This document shows positions 48,173-57,578 of a stretch of DNA of 64,000 nt, in pieces. Source of the DNA: an uncultured Dehalococcoidia bacterium (GTDB lineage Bacteria; Chloroflexota; Dehalococcoidia; Lucifugimonadales; UBA2985); assembly GCA_964573055.1 (NCBI GenBank), contig CAZNIG010000003.1, positions 9,443 to 73,442 of the forward strand, read 5' to 3'. Every line of letters starts with the position of its first letter. The first letter of the stretch is position 1. Made by a program: the position numbers and the translations under genes. The notes beneath the pieces are model-generated. The model saw only the letters and a program-made list of their open reading frames with translations, did no database searches and was not told the origin of the DNA.

Positions 48173-49381
48173 TCAGCTTGAGAGAAGCCCAACCACCCTA
48201 TCAAGAATACGGTGGCCAACCTCATATTTGCTAAGTAGAGGCCACTCCTCTGCGCCTCCGTCCCTCTCAATCAGTATAACCCGATTTGTATCAACATAGA
48301 ATCCACTGTCAGGAGCAGTTATATCATTAGCGGCTATCAAAGACATATTTATCTCTGATAGCTTCTTCTTGGCATTGGCCAGCAAGTCCTGACTTTCAGC
48401 TGCAAATCCAACCCTTAACACCCCCTCTGGTACTTCTCGGAAAAAATCAGCGTTCTTAACCAGATTAAGCACAAGACCTTCACTATCATCCGTTTTCTTT
48501 ATCTTCTGTTCTGATATCTCAGCAGGACGGTAGTCACTGATTGCAGCAGCCATAATCAAAGCATCGGCACCTTGGCACGCACTAAGAACTGCTTCTCTCA
48601 TCTGAGCAACACTGCTCACCCTCCTCACCTCTATGCCACCAGGATCTGGTAGGGAAGTAGGTGCAGTGACCAGAATTGTTCGGGCGCCTCGGTCTCTAGC
48701 TGCCTGAGCTATCGCATAACCCATCTTGCCTGAAGAATGATTCGTAATAACTCTTACAGGGTCTATAGGCTCCTGCGTTCCTCCCGCACTTACAACAACC
48801 GATCTCCCGGATAGGTCACCGCTTTGTCCAATAATAGCGCTCATACTATCTATTATTTGGGCCGTATCCACCAGACGACCAACACCCCTTAGCCCAGAGG
48901 CCAAGTATCCATCGGCTGGGCCAATTACGGCTACGCCTCGCGACTGCAGTTTGCTCAAATTCTCTTGAGTAGCTGCATTCTCATACATGTGGCCATCCAT
49001 TGCTGGGGCGACGGCAACCGGGGCAGCCGAAGCCAATATCGTTGCACTAAGTGCGTCATCTGCAAGGCCGTTGGCAATCTTAGCCAGAAAGTTTGCCGTA
49101 GCTGGGGCGACCACAATAATATCAGCTCTTTTTGCCAGCGCCACATGTTCAACCGCCAACTCAGAATTCGTATCAAACATATCTGTCACGACGGGTCGGT
49201 GAGTAAGGCTACGGAACGTAAGAGGAGTAATAAAATTAGAAGCACCATCGGTAAGTATCACATCAACCGCGGCTCCTTGCTGAACCAATTTACTAGCTAG
49301 GTCAGCAGATTTATAACAAGCGATACTTCCGGTTACTCCAAGGACAATATTGGCACCTGAAAGCGGATTATCCATTTTCAC
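48173..49381 (-). CDS. coaBC: Bifunctional phosphopantothenoylcysteine decarboxylase / phosphopantothenate-cysteine ligase
   Basis: 402 aa with an N-terminal flavoprotein domain (VLGVTGSIACYK) and a C-terminal CoaB domain (ITNHSSGKMG). Confidence 0.95.
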   Translation of the reverse strand: MKMDNPLSGANIVLGVTGSIACYKSADLASKLVQQGAAVDVILTDGASNFITPLTFRSLTHRPVVTDMFDTNSELAVEHVALAKRADIIVVAPATANFLAKIANGLADDALSATILASAAPVAVAPAMDGHMYENAATQENLSKLQSRGVAVIGPADGYLASGLRGVGRLVDTAQIIDSMSAIIGQSGDLSGRSVVVSAGGTQEPIDPVRVITNHSSGKMGYAIAQAARDRGARTILVTAPTSLPDPGGIEVRRVSSVAQMREAVLSACQGADALIMAAAISDYRPAEISEQKIKKTDDSEGLVLNLVKNADFFREVPEGVLRVGFAAESQDLLANAKKKLSEINMSLIAANDITAPDSGFYVDTNRVILIERDGGAEEWPLLSKYEVGHRILDRVVGLLSS

Positions 49382-50169
49382 CCTCCAGTTTGATAGGACC
49401 TAGAACCAGCATTAATATCATTGATCAAGCGCAAACCTATCAAAGTAAGATCCGGATTCACTGCGTCAAATACATCAGTTTCCTTCTCAATAAGAGATGC
49501 CATACCTCCAGTGCCAACCACCTTGGTGTCACCACCCAATTCGAGCTTGAACCTGCTGACCATATATTCAACCATACCAACATGACCAAACAGAATACCC
49601 GATTGAATACTTGATGCCGTGTTGCGACCAATTGCAGATTTTGGTGGGACCAACTCAACCCGCCTAAGTTGAGATGTACGCTCGAATAGAGCCTCGGCTG
49701 TCAATGTAATACCAGATGCTATAGCTCCTCCAAGATATTCACCGTCACGGGATACCGCGTCAAATACAGTCGCAGTACCAAAGTCAACCACTATGACTGG
49801 CCCGCCATACATGGAAAAGGCTGCTGCTGCATCAACAACTCTATCAGATCCAACATCCCTAGGGTTTTCATACAAAACTCTCACACCTGTTCTGGTTCCC
49901 GCACCAACCGTCAACGCCGTAACCCCGAAATGCTCGTTCCCGAGTTCCTCAAAAACCTGTGTCAAGGGAGGCACCACGCTACACAGAGCAATGCTATCGA
50001 TATCGTTAGGAGCCACTCCTTTGAGAGGAAGCAAGCTCCGTATTAGCAAGGCATACTCGTCAGGAAGCTTCCTGGTATCAGTAGCCAGGCGCCAAGTTGC
50101 TAGAAGAGCTTCCTCACGAAATACCCCTAGAGTTACATTACTATTTCCAATATCTATAGCTAGTAGCAT
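49378..50169 (-). CDS. coaX: Type III pantothenate kinase
   Basis: 263 aa (LLAIDIGNSNVTLGVF; DFGTATVFD; the GTGG region). It overlaps coaBC by 4 nt. Confidence 0.9.
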   Translation of the reverse strand: MLLAIDIGNSNVTLGVFREEALLATWRLATDTRKLPDEYALLIRSLLPLKGVAPNDIDSIALCSVVPPLTQVFEELGNEHFGVTALTVGAGTRTGVRVLYENPRDVGSDRVVDAAAAFSMYGGPVIVVDFGTATVFDAVSRDGEYLGGAIASGITLTAEALFERTSQLRRVELVPPKSAIGRNTASSIQSGILFGHVGMVEYMVSRFKLELGGDTKVVGTGGMASLIEKETDVFDAVNPDLTLIGLRLINDINAGSRSYQTGG

Positions 50170-50312
50170 ATGTGACCCTCATCAGGATTATACTGGAGTG
50201 CTTGACCCCCATCAACCTGAACTCCTCAGTTCAAGAATTATATTACCTTATAGAAATCTTAATATTCTGAAACGAAACTAGGGTAAGACAAGGTCACGAA
50301 TATAAGATTAGG

Positions 50313-51869
50313 TTAATCAGGCTCCAAATGTTTGATAACTTGCGGGAGCCTTGGTAGCAAATCACTTGCAACAACCCCCACTTTGCCAATCTCCTGACTG
50401 GCGATATGACCCGCTGCTCCATGGGTGTATACAGCACAAGTAGCAGCGTCAAAAGTAGAAAGCCCCTGAGCCAGGAACCCAGCTATAATCCCAGCCAATA
50501 CGTCCCCTGTACCAGCTGAAGCAAGAGCAGCATTGGCAAAGGGACTCACCCTCACCAAGCCACTCGGATCTCCAATAACCGTGTATGCACCTTTAAGGAC
50601 TATCACTTTATTCCATTTATTTGCCCAGTATCTAACGATGTTAACCCGGTCTGCATTTATAGCCGTTGGCGTTAGATTAACAAGTCGTGCCATCTCACCA
50701 GGGTGTGGAGTAAGTACAGCCGGACCTTTTATACGAAGCCACCATTGCGTCACAGATGAGAGGATATTAAGAGCATCTGCGTCTAGAACCAAGGGGATCT
50801 CGTTCATTTGATATCCAAGAAGAACTCGCCGAATAAGTTGTGAAACATCAGGTTTTTGGCCAAGCCCACACCCAATCAGCAGTGACTGAGAACCAACCAA
50901 TCCGTAACTAATGATATCCACGGCGTCATCGGAAAATACCATGTTATCCTCTGGTAGAAGTACATAGGTGGTTTCAGTAAGCTTCTCTGCTAAAAGCGAT
51001 TGTAAGCGTTTTGAAACTGCCAACGTAACTAATCCTGCACCGACTCTCGCAGCAGCCTGACAAGCTAAAGATGCAGCGCCGACGTATTTATCTGAGCCAG
51101 CTATCACAAAAACTTTCCCGAAACTACCCTTATGGGCGTCCATTGGTCTATCTGGTAGTGTTTGTCTAACAAAATCAGGGGTGATCAACTCTTGCTTAAC
51201 GGACTGGGATAACTCAGGTGATAAACCTATACCTGCCACTTCTAGACGACCAACTCTACTAGCTCCAGGGAATGCAAACATACCGACCTTAGGAAATCCC
51301 AGAGCCACCGTTATATCAGCCGCGGGACAAACCTCATCCACCTCTCCAGAATTGGCATCAAGCCCACTGGGCATGTCAACGGCCAACAACTTAAGCGTAG
51401 GTTTTACGCTCCTTGCTCCTATTAGCTTCGACATCACGCTGGACAAAGTTGCCTGTATAGCCCTGGATTTTCCAGTACCCAAAATTGCATCAATGACCAA
51501 AGTGGTCTGGGACAAACATTCATCTAATTCAGACAGATCCACATCCTCATCAGCGTCCAGTATAGAGACATTTAGATCTTGGAGTAGGCGAATATTATGA
51601 TCGGGCTTCTTTCTGACAGAGGTCAGGTAAATTGTTACTTGAGATCCCCAGTCAGCCAAATAACGAGCTGCTACCAAGCCGTCGCTCCCATTATTACCTG
51701 ATCCAACTAATACCAAAATTTGTACACCACGAATATCACCCATGAAATCCTTTGCCTTCTGGGCAACAGCAAAACCTGCCATATCAATTAAATCATCAAC
51801 AGACCCTCCATTACGGAGGCTCTGTTCCTCTAGAGATTGCATCTCCTCAACGGTTACTATTTTCATCAA
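50313..51869 (-). CDS. nnr: Bifunctional NAD(P)H-hydrate repair enzyme (epimerase/dehydratase)
   Basis: 518 aa with a YjeF_N domain (LVGSGNNGSDG) and a carbohydrate-kinase-like C-domain (HKGSFGKV; GTGDVLAG). Confidence 0.9.
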   Translation of the reverse strand: MMKIVTVEEMQSLEEQSLRNGGSVDDLIDMAGFAVAQKAKDFMGDIRGVQILVLVGSGNNGSDGLVAARYLADWGSQVTIYLTSVRKKPDHNIRLLQDLNVSILDADEDVDLSELDECLSQTTLVIDAILGTGKSRAIQATLSSVMSKLIGARSVKPTLKLLAVDMPSGLDANSGEVDEVCPAADITVALGFPKVGMFAFPGASRVGRLEVAGIGLSPELSQSVKQELITPDFVRQTLPDRPMDAHKGSFGKVFVIAGSDKYVGAASLACQAAARVGAGLVTLAVSKRLQSLLAEKLTETTYVLLPEDNMVFSDDAVDIISYGLVGSQSLLIGCGLGQKPDVSQLIRRVLLGYQMNEIPLVLDADALNILSSVTQWWLRIKGPAVLTPHPGEMARLVNLTPTAINADRVNIVRYWANKWNKVIVLKGAYTVIGDPSGLVRVSPFANAALASAGTGDVLAGIIAGFLAQGLSTFDAATCAVYTHGAAGHIASQEIGKVGVVASDLLPRLPQVIKHLEPD

Positions 51870-52227
51870 GATTCATAACTACTGAAGCCACGGCATAATC
51901 CCTAGAATGGGACAAGCTGATAGCTATCTGAGTTACTCCAATAAGATCGGCCCGCGCCTTACCTCTGTTATGGAGGAGAATGGATGGTGGCTGCCCCCTT
52001 CGCCTTGTAACCTCAACGTCTCGCCAACCAACCCCCCGAATACCCGTGCCCAAGGCCTTCATCACAGCTTCCTTTGCTGCAAACCTAGCCGCGAGTTGTG
52101 GAATGCGACGCCGACTGAAAGTTTGCTCATTGGGTGTATAGATTCTATCAAGAAACCTTTGTCCCCATCGCTCTAGAACAGATTCGACTCTGTCCAATTC
52201 GACTATGTCTACTCCAACTGATAACAA
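51847..52227 (-). CDS. acpS: Holo-[acyl-carrier-protein] synthase
   Basis: 126 aa (VGVDIVELDRV; FAAKEAVMKALG; ISLSHSRDYAVA). Confidence 0.85.
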   Translation of the reverse strand: MLSVGVDIVELDRVESVLERWGQRFLDRIYTPNEQTFSRRRIPQLAARFAAKEAVMKALGTGIRGVGWRDVEVTRRRGQPPSILLHNRGKARADLIGVTQIAISLSHSRDYAVASVVMNLDENSNR

Positions 52228-52253
52228 TTTCTTGCTCCCTCTTGTGAGCGGTA

Positions 52254-53168
52254 TTATGCTCCGTGGACCTTCAGAATATTCGCTGTTTGAATTACCATAG
52301 GTATATTACGTTCCCTACCAATCGTCATTAAATGGACGCCGCTGCAGAACTCTTTAACACTATTTAATAACCGCCCCGCGATTGCCACGCCAGCACTATC
52401 GCCATCTGGAGCATTATCCATTTCCTCTATAAGTCTGTCAGGTATGTCTACCCCTGGCAAACCGGCATTTATATTGCGCGCCATAGTACCAGACTTGAGC
52501 ACCATGATACCTACAATCACCGGAACATTCATTGGTTTAGCCAAACTCATGAATCGCTCAAGTTTCTCTAGGTCAAAAACAGCTTGGGTTTGGAAAAATT
52601 TTGCACCTGCCTCGACTTTCTGTTGCATACGCCTAACTTCAGCATCAAGATCATCAGAACAAGGATTAACAACTGCTCCCAGATTGAATTTCGGTATGCC
52701 TTTAAGTTTATTACCAGCCATGTCATTACCGAACGACAGGCCCTCTGCAGCCCTAAGAAGATCTACTGACGTCATATCAAATACCGTTTTTGCGCCTGGA
52801 TGGTCACCTAAAGACACTGGATCACCAGTCAGGCATAAGATATTCTCTACTCCTAGAGCGTAGGCACCCAGAAGATCCCCTTGTATCGCGATTCTATTCC
52901 TATCTCTGCAAGTAACCTGCAACACAACATCCAATCCAAGTTCCATGACTAGTGGGGCCAACGCCAACGGGCTCATACTCATAACAGAGCTTGCCTGATC
53001 AGTAAGATTAACTGCGTCTACAACACCCTTTAATACTTTCGCCCTAGAAAGCACGTCCTGAACAGCCACTCCTTTTGGAGGATTTAATTCCGCTGTTACC
53101 ACGAAACTGCTAGAGTCCAATAGCTTGGATAATACGGACATGGAATCTCCTTGTTGAAGTTGAAACAC
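52254..53168 (-). CDS. metF: Methylenetetrahydrofolate reductase (short MetF type)
   Basis: 304 aa with a TIM-barrel MTHFR pattern (TAELNPPKG; VNLTDQ; VTCRDRN; CLTGDP; FQTQAVFD). The start may be the internal ATG (MSVLSK..). Confidence 0.85.
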   Translation of the reverse strand: MFQLQQGDSMSVLSKLLDSSSFVVTAELNPPKGVAVQDVLSRAKVLKGVVDAVNLTDQASSVMSMSPLALAPLVMELGLDVVLQVTCRDRNRIAIQGDLLGAYALGVENILCLTGDPVSLGDHPGAKTVFDMTSVDLLRAAEGLSFGNDMAGNKLKGIPKFNLGAVVNPCSDDLDAEVRRMQQKVEAGAKFFQTQAVFDLEKLERFMSLAKPMNVPVIVGIMVLKSGTMARNINAGLPGVDIPDRLIEEMDNAPDGDSAGVAIAGRLLNSVKEFCSGVHLMTIGRERNIPMVIQTANILKVHGA

Positions 53169-53297
53169 TAAAGCTAACTTCTAGGCACATATAATTATAT
53201 TCTTGCCGCTCCAAGCATGTCTAGCAAACCCGTTGCCCTGAGAGTTTGCCTATGCTACGATTTCGGGACAATCTAAATTAAGAACAAGAGAGTACAT

Positions 53298-54191
53298 GTG
53301 AACCCGACTATAATAAATGGAACAGAAATATCCCGTATTATCCGCGAGGAAATAGCGACCGAAGTAGCCGTCCTAAAATCCGACCACAACTTAATCCCGG
53401 GCCTAGCAGTAGTGTTGGTAGGAGATGACCCTGCGTCAGCAGTATACGTAAGGAATAAAGGACGAGCATGCGATGAAGTAGGTATTTACTCTGAGACCAT
53501 AAACCTTCCTAGCACTACCACTCAATCTGAACTGCTAAACAAGATATCAGATCTGAACCAAGATCCTCGTTTCCACGGAGTACTGGTTCAGCTCCCCCTT
53601 CCCACACATATAAGCCAAAGATCAATAATATTGTCTCTAGATCCGAGAAAGGACGTGGACGGGCTTCACCCAATCAACGTGGGTCGCCTTGTTGAAGGAA
53701 ACCCAAATTTCATTCCATGTACCCCAGCAGGTATACAACAGCTACTGATGCGCTCAGGTCAAGACCCCGCTGGTAAGCATCTCGTTGTATGTGGGAGAAG
53801 CGATATAGTTGGCAAACCAATAGCTATTATGATGATGCAGAAACAAGAAGGCGCTAACGCTACGGTCACCATATGCCACACCGGAACCAAGAACCTTGGG
53901 GATATAACGCGCTCCGCTGACATACTAGTGGCGGCAATTGGTAGGCCCAGATCAATCACAGCTGATATGGTTACGGACGGAGTAGTGGTAATAGATGTTG
54001 GAATAAATCGCGTAGAAGATTCTAGCAAGCGAAGCGGTTACAGGTTGGTTGGAGATGTGGATTTCGAAGAAGTATCAAAAAAATCGATGGCAATAACGCC
54101 TGTTCCTGGTGGTGTCGGACCTATGACTATAGCAATGTTGCTCACAAACACTGTCAAAGCTGCTCGTCTCACCTTAGAAACATCCAATTAA
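53298..54191 (+). CDS. folD: Bifunctional methylenetetrahydrofolate dehydrogenase / methenyl-THF cyclohydrolase
   Basis: 297 aa with a GTG start (VGDDPASAVYVRNK; DVDG; CTPAG; GRSDIVGKP; PGGVGPMT). Confidence 0.95.
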   Translation: MNPTIINGTEISRIIREEIATEVAVLKSDHNLIPGLAVVLVGDDPASAVYVRNKGRACDEVGIYSETINLPSTTTQSELLNKISDLNQDPRFHGVLVQLPLPTHISQRSIILSLDPRKDVDGLHPINVGRLVEGNPNFIPCTPAGIQQLLMRSGQDPAGKHLVVCGRSDIVGKPIAIMMMQKQEGANATVTICHTGTKNLGDITRSADILVAAIGRPRSITADMVTDGVVVIDVGINRVEDSSKRSGYRLVGDVDFEEVSKKSMAITPVPGGVGPMTIAMLLTNTVKAARLTLETSN

Positions 54192-54256
54192 GCATACGAC
54201 ATGGATACATATAGGAATACGACAATCATTAAATCATCTCCTCTACCGATAATTCT

Positions 54257-55300
54257 ATGCTAACTAGCGACTTTGATTACTCAATAAACAAGGACCTTAT
54301 AGCCCAGACACCGACAGAGCCCAGGGATCACTCTCGACTATTGATATTAGACAGATCCACCGGGAAATTAGAGCATCGGAGATTTTACGAGATAGGAGAT
54401 TTCCTGGAAAGCGGTGACCTATTAGTGCTCAACAACAGCCGCGTTATTCCAGCGCGATTAACTGGCAAGAGAACAGAAACTAGCGGGGCGGTAGAAATAC
54501 TCCTCCTACACAAGCTGAGCCCAGGCATTTGGAAAGCACTAGTAAAACCAGGAAGGCGACTGAAACCGGGGGCAACCATAGAAATATATGGGGCCAAATG
54601 CACAATACTTGAGGATACTGGTCAGGGCACCCGAATAATTCGCATATCAGACGAAACTGTTATCAAGAACAATGGAGAGATTCCTCTCCCCCCATATATT
54701 ACGGCCCCAATCGCCAACCAAGAAAGATATCAAACCGTTTATTCCAAAACCGACGGCAGTTCTGCAGCGCCAACAGCAGGATTGCACTTTACAAGCGAAT
54801 TACTGAAAGACCTGGATAAAAAAGGAATAGGAATCACCGAGGTCACGCTACACGTTGGCTTGGATTCCTTTCGCCCAGTGAAATCCGAGAACCCCACCAA
54901 TCACGTACTTCACTCGGAGTACTTCGAGATAGGTGAGGATTCGGCTCTGAAAATCAATCAAGCCCAAACTAACAACAGAAGGATAATTAGCGTTGGCACA
55001 ACCACTGTACGTGTCCTCGAACAAGCTGCCTTTCATGTCGCTGCCAATGCAGACAAAGAAGAACGCCATGCAAATACTCTATTGACACCAGTTTCAGCGT
55101 GGGCAAATATATTTATACTGCCAGGCCACAAATTCAGACTCGTCAATGGCCTTATTACCAACTTCCACCTACCTAGATCAACATTACTAATGCTCGTATG
55201 CGCATTCGCTGGACGAGATACTACAATTACTGCGTACAACCAGGCTGTAAACCAAGGATACAGGCTTTATAGTTTCGGGGATGCGATGCTAATTCTATAG
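54257..55300 (+). CDS. queA: S-adenosylmethionine:tRNA ribosyltransferase-isomerase
   Basis: 347 aa (FDYSINKDLIAQTPTEPRDHSRLL; PLPPYI; YQTVYS; GTTTVRVLE; YRLYSFGDAMLI). Confidence 0.95.
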   Translation: MLTSDFDYSINKDLIAQTPTEPRDHSRLLILDRSTGKLEHRRFYEIGDFLESGDLLVLNNSRVIPARLTGKRTETSGAVEILLLHKLSPGIWKALVKPGRRLKPGATIEIYGAKCTILEDTGQGTRIIRISDETVIKNNGEIPLPPYITAPIANQERYQTVYSKTDGSSAAPTAGLHFTSELLKDLDKKGIGITEVTLHVGLDSFRPVKSENPTNHVLHSEYFEIGEDSALKINQAQTNNRRIISVGTTTVRVLEQAAFHVAANADKEERHANTLLTPVSAWANIFILPGHKFRLVNGLITNFHLPRSTLLMLVCAFAGRDTTITAYNQAVNQGYRLYSFGDAMLIL

Positions 55301-55425
55301 CCAAAACAACATGAACTAATGACATACATATAAAGCTATAAAGCATCTGGCACCTATGGTGGATTAACCCGGAATTTTCTGGTCTATAGTCGGTAATAAT
55401 ACGCCTGAGCAACCACTACCCAGAT

Positions 55426-55454
55426 TTGACATTCCCTTAAATAATCGCTAGACT
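55426..55454 (+). promoter_or_regulatory. Sigma70-like promoter far upstream of the betaine-binding protein gene
   Basis: TTGACA (55426-55431), 17 nt, TAGACT (55449-55454). It would give a ~320-nt leader before ATG 55778. Confidence 0.4.
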
Positions 55455-55777
55455 GCTCATCTGTCCCGCACCGATATGTGAAAGCGGGGCGAAATATCAA
55501 GAGGGAACCGCTCTTAGTGCGTAGCACCGAAAAGGGCCGGATGCTCCTCCAAATTCCCCCCTCCTGCAATTATTATGGCCGTTGTTTGCGTGCTCTCGCA
55601 GGAGCGATAGATACCGACCATATCTTAGCTGTGCCTATTCTAGGAGGTGAACGTAAGACCAAATACACGAGGATGGAACGGAGCGACCGTATGCAATACA
55701 GCACACGAGAATCTCTAAGACATCTAACATCCCTACTACATAAAATGTAGAAACAAAGATCGATAGGAGAATAAAAC

Positions 55778-56932
55778 ATGTTTAGAAAGTTACTAAAGCC
55801 AAGATTAGTTGGCCTACTAGTAGGAGCAATTGGAATGGTACTGGCTACCGCCTGCGGCGCAGCGGCCACACCTACTCCTGAGCCTACAGCTGTACCAACC
55901 GCCACAACTCCTCCCCCCAAAGAAAAAATAATGTTCCACGACGGTCAATGGGGGAGCAACTGGGTTCACCTGGCAGTAGCACGGTACGTCCTTGAAAACG
56001 GATATGGATATCCCACAGAGGAAGTACAGGGTTCAACTGGTACCCAGAAACTGACACTGGTAGAAGGTGACGTTCATGTCAACATGGAGACATGGAGAAT
56101 GAACATCCCAGAATGGTATCTGGAAAACACAGAGGCTGGTCTCATCAGAGACCTGGCGGGAACCACCCATCCACAGACAATGCTCCCGGCAGGATCGCCT
56201 GGTCAAACCATAGCTGTTGCAGGACAGGGTTTCTATGTACCAAGATACATGGTAGAAGGCGATGCTGAGAGAGGCATAGAGGCAACAGCACCTAACCTCA
56301 AATCGGTGCAAGACCTCCGCCAGTACAAGGAACTATTCTCAGATCCTAACGACCCATCCAAGGGAATGATATTGAACTGCATACTGGGCTGGCAGTGCCA
56401 GAAGATAAACAGGGCAAAGTGGTTCGCATATGATATGTATACCGACTTCAACATGGTAGAGCCTGGTGGGTCTGCTGCGCTGAAAGCCGGCGTGGTTGCA
56501 CCATACGAAGCAGGCGAGCCTTTCGTATCCTACTACTGGCAGCCGACAGATGTAATTAACCTGCGTGATATGCTCCTGCTTGAAGAGCCGAAGCATAACG
56601 AAGAGTGCCAGGCAGCGATGGACGCCGCGGTAGAAGAAGAGCCATACGAATCAACAATTGGGTGTGCATACCCAATAGGTGACGCTCATACAGTCGTTAA
56701 TGCTGCTTGGGCAGACCGCAACCCGCAAGCCGTACAGTTCCTTACCAACTACTACGTGCCTCCTAAGCCTTTGGCTCAAATGGAAGCCGATAAGATGGAG
56801 AAGGAGCTGGAGTGGGTAGATGTAGCCATCGCCTACCTAAAGGACAACAAGGACACTTGGTCCACGTGGATTCAAGATGACAATAGAGACGAGATCATTG
56901 CTGAGCTAGACAAGGCACTCGCAGCAGAGTAA
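55778..56932 (+). CDS. Glycine betaine/proline-betaine ABC transporter substrate-binding lipoprotein
   Basis: 384 aa with a signal peptide and lipobox (VLATAC), a Pro/Thr linker, and an OpuAC/ProX-like body with aromatic-rich segments (WGSNW; YYWQP). Confidence 0.8.
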   Translation: MFRKLLKPRLVGLLVGAIGMVLATACGAAATPTPEPTAVPTATTPPPKEKIMFHDGQWGSNWVHLAVARYVLENGYGYPTEEVQGSTGTQKLTLVEGDVHVNMETWRMNIPEWYLENTEAGLIRDLAGTTHPQTMLPAGSPGQTIAVAGQGFYVPRYMVEGDAERGIEATAPNLKSVQDLRQYKELFSDPNDPSKGMILNCILGWQCQKINRAKWFAYDMYTDFNMVEPGGSAALKAGVVAPYEAGEPFVSYYWQPTDVINLRDMLLLEEPKHNEECQAAMDAAVEEEPYESTIGCAYPIGDAHTVVNAAWADRNPQAVQFLTNYYVPPKPLAQMEADKMEKELEWVDVAIAYLKDNKDTWSTWIQDDNRDEIIAELDKALAAE

Positions 56933-56969
56933 ACCGGTCTATAGATTTCGATCAACGTTAGAGCAAAAT

Positions 56970-56997
56970 GAGCGGAGGCGACTAGTCGCCTCCGCTC
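56970..56997. terminator. Perfect 13-bp hairpin after the binding-protein gene
   Basis: GAGCGGAGGCGAC-TA-GTCGCCTCCGCTC. It starts 38 nt after the stop and is flanked by an A-run upstream, so it could act bidirectionally. Confidence 0.6.
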
Positions 56998-57519
56998 ATC
57001 ACGCGTATGATTCGCTTTAGCGCATTACTAAAATGCAATGCTATATTTTTTCTTACGCAGGATACACACGCAAAGCTTCACAATACCTTCAAAAGTCACA
57101 ATCAATTCTCGACTTAGGCCAATCACCACCCAAGAATTGCGATCCCACAGGTAAGCCTGCACGAGGGACAGCAGGACTGCTAATTGAGGCCCATAAAACT
57201 CTGTCGTCACCTTGTCGCCAAGGTCTGCCCATCTCCCCATAGATGTTTTATAACTTGTGATTCTATCTCGCATGGATACCCAAGATGCGTTTGTCAGGGC
57301 TTTTACTGCATTACCCTTGATGGTAGCTACGGATTAATCTTCTGTAGGTTTATGTCAAGGGAGTGGTCTGCTTGTAATCGATCAACGAGTTGTTACAGGA
57401 AGTTGAACTGGTTATTGCTATAAGCAGACCTCTAACAATCAGCATACTAAGCTATCTACAAGAGCACCACATAAAACAAAACCACCCATTTGGAATCAGT
57501 TGCTCAGCACCAGAAATAT

Positions 57520-57547
57520 GGCTCGTAAGGCAGAAACCTTACGAGCC
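57520..57547 (-). terminator. Hairpin terminator after the betaine permease gene
   Basis: GGCTCGTAAGG-6 nt-CCTTACGAGCC, ~30 nt past the stop at 57579. On the minus strand it is followed by ATATTTCT. Confidence 0.5.
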
Positions 57548-57578
57548 ATATGATGCCAACCAGTTAATGTAGGTTCGG

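Noticed and set aside
55470-55560. Glycine-riboswitch-like segment (CACCGAAAAGGGCC) in the opuAC leader
   Set aside because: Only one short block resembles the ACCGAAGGGGCAA core. The GGAGAG P1 context and the CTCAGGCAAAAGGAC block are absent.
55478-55750. 90-aa ORF in the same frame as the betaine-binding protein gene, raising the possibility of a second recoded gene
   Set aside because: The separating stop is TAG, not TGA. The upstream ORF has no family features or SD, and the downstream gene has its own SD and signal peptide.
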